Source: a virus. Taken from it: DNA of 64,000 bases. Of this stretch, positions 62,600 through 64,000 are shown piece by piece. Each line of letters begins with the position of its first letter. The first letter of the stretch is position 1. Both the position numbers and the translations under genes were made by a program. The notes beneath the pieces were generated by a model, which did no database searches, was not told the origin of the DNA, and saw only the letters and a program-made list of their open reading frames with translations. Where the stretch lies: the IMG/VR virus record IMGVR_UViG_3300027811_000039, positions 21,149 through 85,148 of that record. One strand, given 5' to 3'.

Positions 62600-63231
62600 G
62601 CATCTTTCCTCGCTCTCCCATTAATAATAGCAACCATATTTCCATAAGACATTTCAAAAGTTTCCGCAAGTTGTTTCCTTGTATAATTTCCTGTTTCCCA
62701 TAATGATTTTATGACCCTAATTTCTTCATCATTAAACTTTGAATTGTGATGAGTATTCCCTTTTGGTGGTTTTCTCCTTTGTCCATTAAGCAATTTATTC
62801 ATATAACTTCTTGCAATTCCAAATTTATCAGCTAATTCTCTCTGAGTAAAATGACCACTCTCATACTCACTTCTTACCTTTTCAATCATTTCATCCGTAT
62901 ATTTAGCATTATAAACATTAAACCCTGATCCATTTCTGCCCTTCATCACCATATCACTCGAATTTTCTTGAGGTGTTCCCAAAAATAAATGGGATGGTTT
63001 TACACATGAAGGATTGTCACATTTATGGCAAACCAATAATCCTTCTTCAATTTCACCATATGCAAATTCCCAAGATACCCTATGTGCCCTTAATATCGGT
63101 TCCCCAGCCTTACCTTTTCCAATTTGTCCATACCCTTTTGCTGTTTTAAAACCTTTCCATATCCAACAATTTTCCGTGACTTCTACTTTTTCCATAAATC
63201 TTTCAAACAATGATTTTTTATGATTGCCCAT
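62596..63231 (-). CDS. HNH endonuclease with C-terminal HTH domains
   Basis: CW.W.G...GYG...AHR.SW...G+.VCH.CDNP.CV.P.HL.LGT..EN..D. Confidence 0.9.
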   Translation of the reverse strand: MGNHKKSLFERFMEKVEVTENCWIWKGFKTAKGYGQIGKGKAGEPILRAHRVSWEFAYGEIEEGLLVCHKCDNPSCVKPSHLFLGTPQENSSDMVMKGRNGSGFNVYNAKYTDEMIEKVRSEYESGHFTQRELADKFGIARSYMNKLLNGQRRKPPKGNTHHNSKFNDEEIRVIKSLWETGNYTRKQLAETFEMSYGNMVAIINGRARKDA

Positions 63232-63244
63232 GTTGCTTATCCCC

Positions 63245-63631
63245 CTAAAATCCTAGCTCTTCCATCACCCGAACTGCACTATTTGCACCATTACAAACTG
63301 TCGCAAACCAACCAATTTTATTCAACTTCTCAATCCATTCTTCTTGTTCTGGCGTTGCCTTTGTCCCCTTCTTCCTTTTCATTTCAATAGCAACACCCCT
63401 GAACTGTGGTGACTTAGGCGGGATATCAAAAATGATAAGGTCTGGAAATCCCGCTTTCACTCCCTGTGCTTTTAACCTCGCCCCTGTCAAATAACTTCTG
63501 TTCCCACCATTTGGAACATGAATAAAAGTGATCCTCTTGTACTCCATCCATTGAACGAATGCATATTGCTCTTGATCCTCTGACGGTATCGGCATTTTTT
63601 GCTTTTTCTTAGTCTTGCTCACGATATTCAA
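63245..63631 (-). CDS. VRR-NUC domain nuclease
   Basis: E..EQ..+V.W...HVPNGG.R...GV..G.PDL...+EMK...T.EQ..W...L. Confidence 0.9.
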   Translation of the reverse strand: MNIVSKTKKKQKMPIPSEDQEQYAFVQWMEYKRITFIHVPNGGNRSYLTGARLKAQGVKAGFPDLIIFDIPPKSPQFRGVAIEMKRKKGTKATPEQEEWIEKLNKIGWFATVCNGANSAVRVMEELGF

Positions 63632-63815
63632 TCATGATCCCCTTCAATCTTAATTCTCTCAGGATCTTCATCCGAATATAAGCTGGGTAAAGCCACGTTC
63701 CTAACCCACTTCCACACATAAAACCATAAACCACTTTCCATTCCGTTTGAACCGCATGACCAACCGCAAACATGACCATGAGTGATAGGATCCATTGAGT
63801 ATAAAACTTAGCCAT
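63609..63815 (-). CDS. Small membrane protein
   Basis: Two hydrophobic segments. Confidence 0.5.
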   Translation of the reverse strand: MAKFYTQWILSLMVMFAVGHAVQTEWKVVYGFMCGSGLGTWLYPAYIRMKILRELRLKGIMIEYREQD

Positions 63816-64000
63816 TCCAATACCCTCCGATTACTTAATTGGATTCAGCTTCCTCCAATCTCAATAACCTGAAATCCAATCTTGCCAATTTTCCCCGCCG
63901 ATATACTTCAACATCATCAGCATTTTGATATATAACTTTCAAATGATCTAGGACAATATACACATCAGCTATTTTTTCAGCCACTAAGCATAGATCATTA

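Larger units (their letters stand above)
1..64000 (-). mobile_element. Segment of a temperate siphovirus-type phage/prophage (possibly a phage-plasmid) of a spore-forming Bacillota
   Basis: Co-oriented terS, terL, portal, MuF, capsid, neck, tail tube, chaperone, tape measure, Dit, Tal and holin genes. No sheath gene. No housekeeping host genes and no element ends are visible in the window. Confidence 0.95.

Noticed and set aside
146-63223. The many short plus-strand ORFs in the track
   Set aside because: They lie antisense to well-supported minus-strand genes, lack RBSs and show no family motifs. Only the two HNH genes are accepted.
1-64000. Alternative genetic code, tRNA/rRNA genes, integrase or att sites
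   Set aside because: Standard-code ORFs tile the minus strand densely with full-length proteins. No cloverleaf, rRNA or recombinase was recognised by eye.

Overview
This window is a 64-kb segment of a large temperate siphovirus-type phage (prophage or phage-plasmid) of a spore-forming, low-GC Bacillota host, probably Clostridia. Host evidence is SpoIIID, SigE/SigK-like sigma factors and a CWB2-type amidase. Nearly all genes are on the minus strand. Read from 64000 down to 1, the order is: end of a DNA-metabolism region (VRR-NUC, HNH), amidase, ArpU-type activator and terminase small subunit. A ~14-kb insertion follows, carrying ParB/radical-SAM/TAGT-like genes, an Acb2/Tad1-like protein, an amino-sugar/nonulosonic-acid pathway, two sporulation-type sigma factors and a 36-37-bp dual-repeat array. 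Then come terminase large subunit, portal, head, neck and non-contractile tail genes, lectin-rich tail-tip genes and a holin. The left end holds a toxin-antitoxin plus rep/iteron/antisense-RNA module and ~10 kb of small genes driven by 18 copies of a promoter-operator palindrome. No integrase, cas gene, reverse transcriptase, tRNA or rRNA was recognised. All protein family calls come from motif recognition by eye, not database searches. The most notable signals are: an apparently orphan TIGR-like array; a nonulosonate pathway plus a Cst-II/Maf-like transferase beside the capsid gene (candidate virion or spore glycosylation); a SigE-like/SpoIIID/SigK-like set; a GH25 lysozyme fused to a tail-tube domain; a UDG-like domain inside the XkdF head protein; and several structured non-coding elements.
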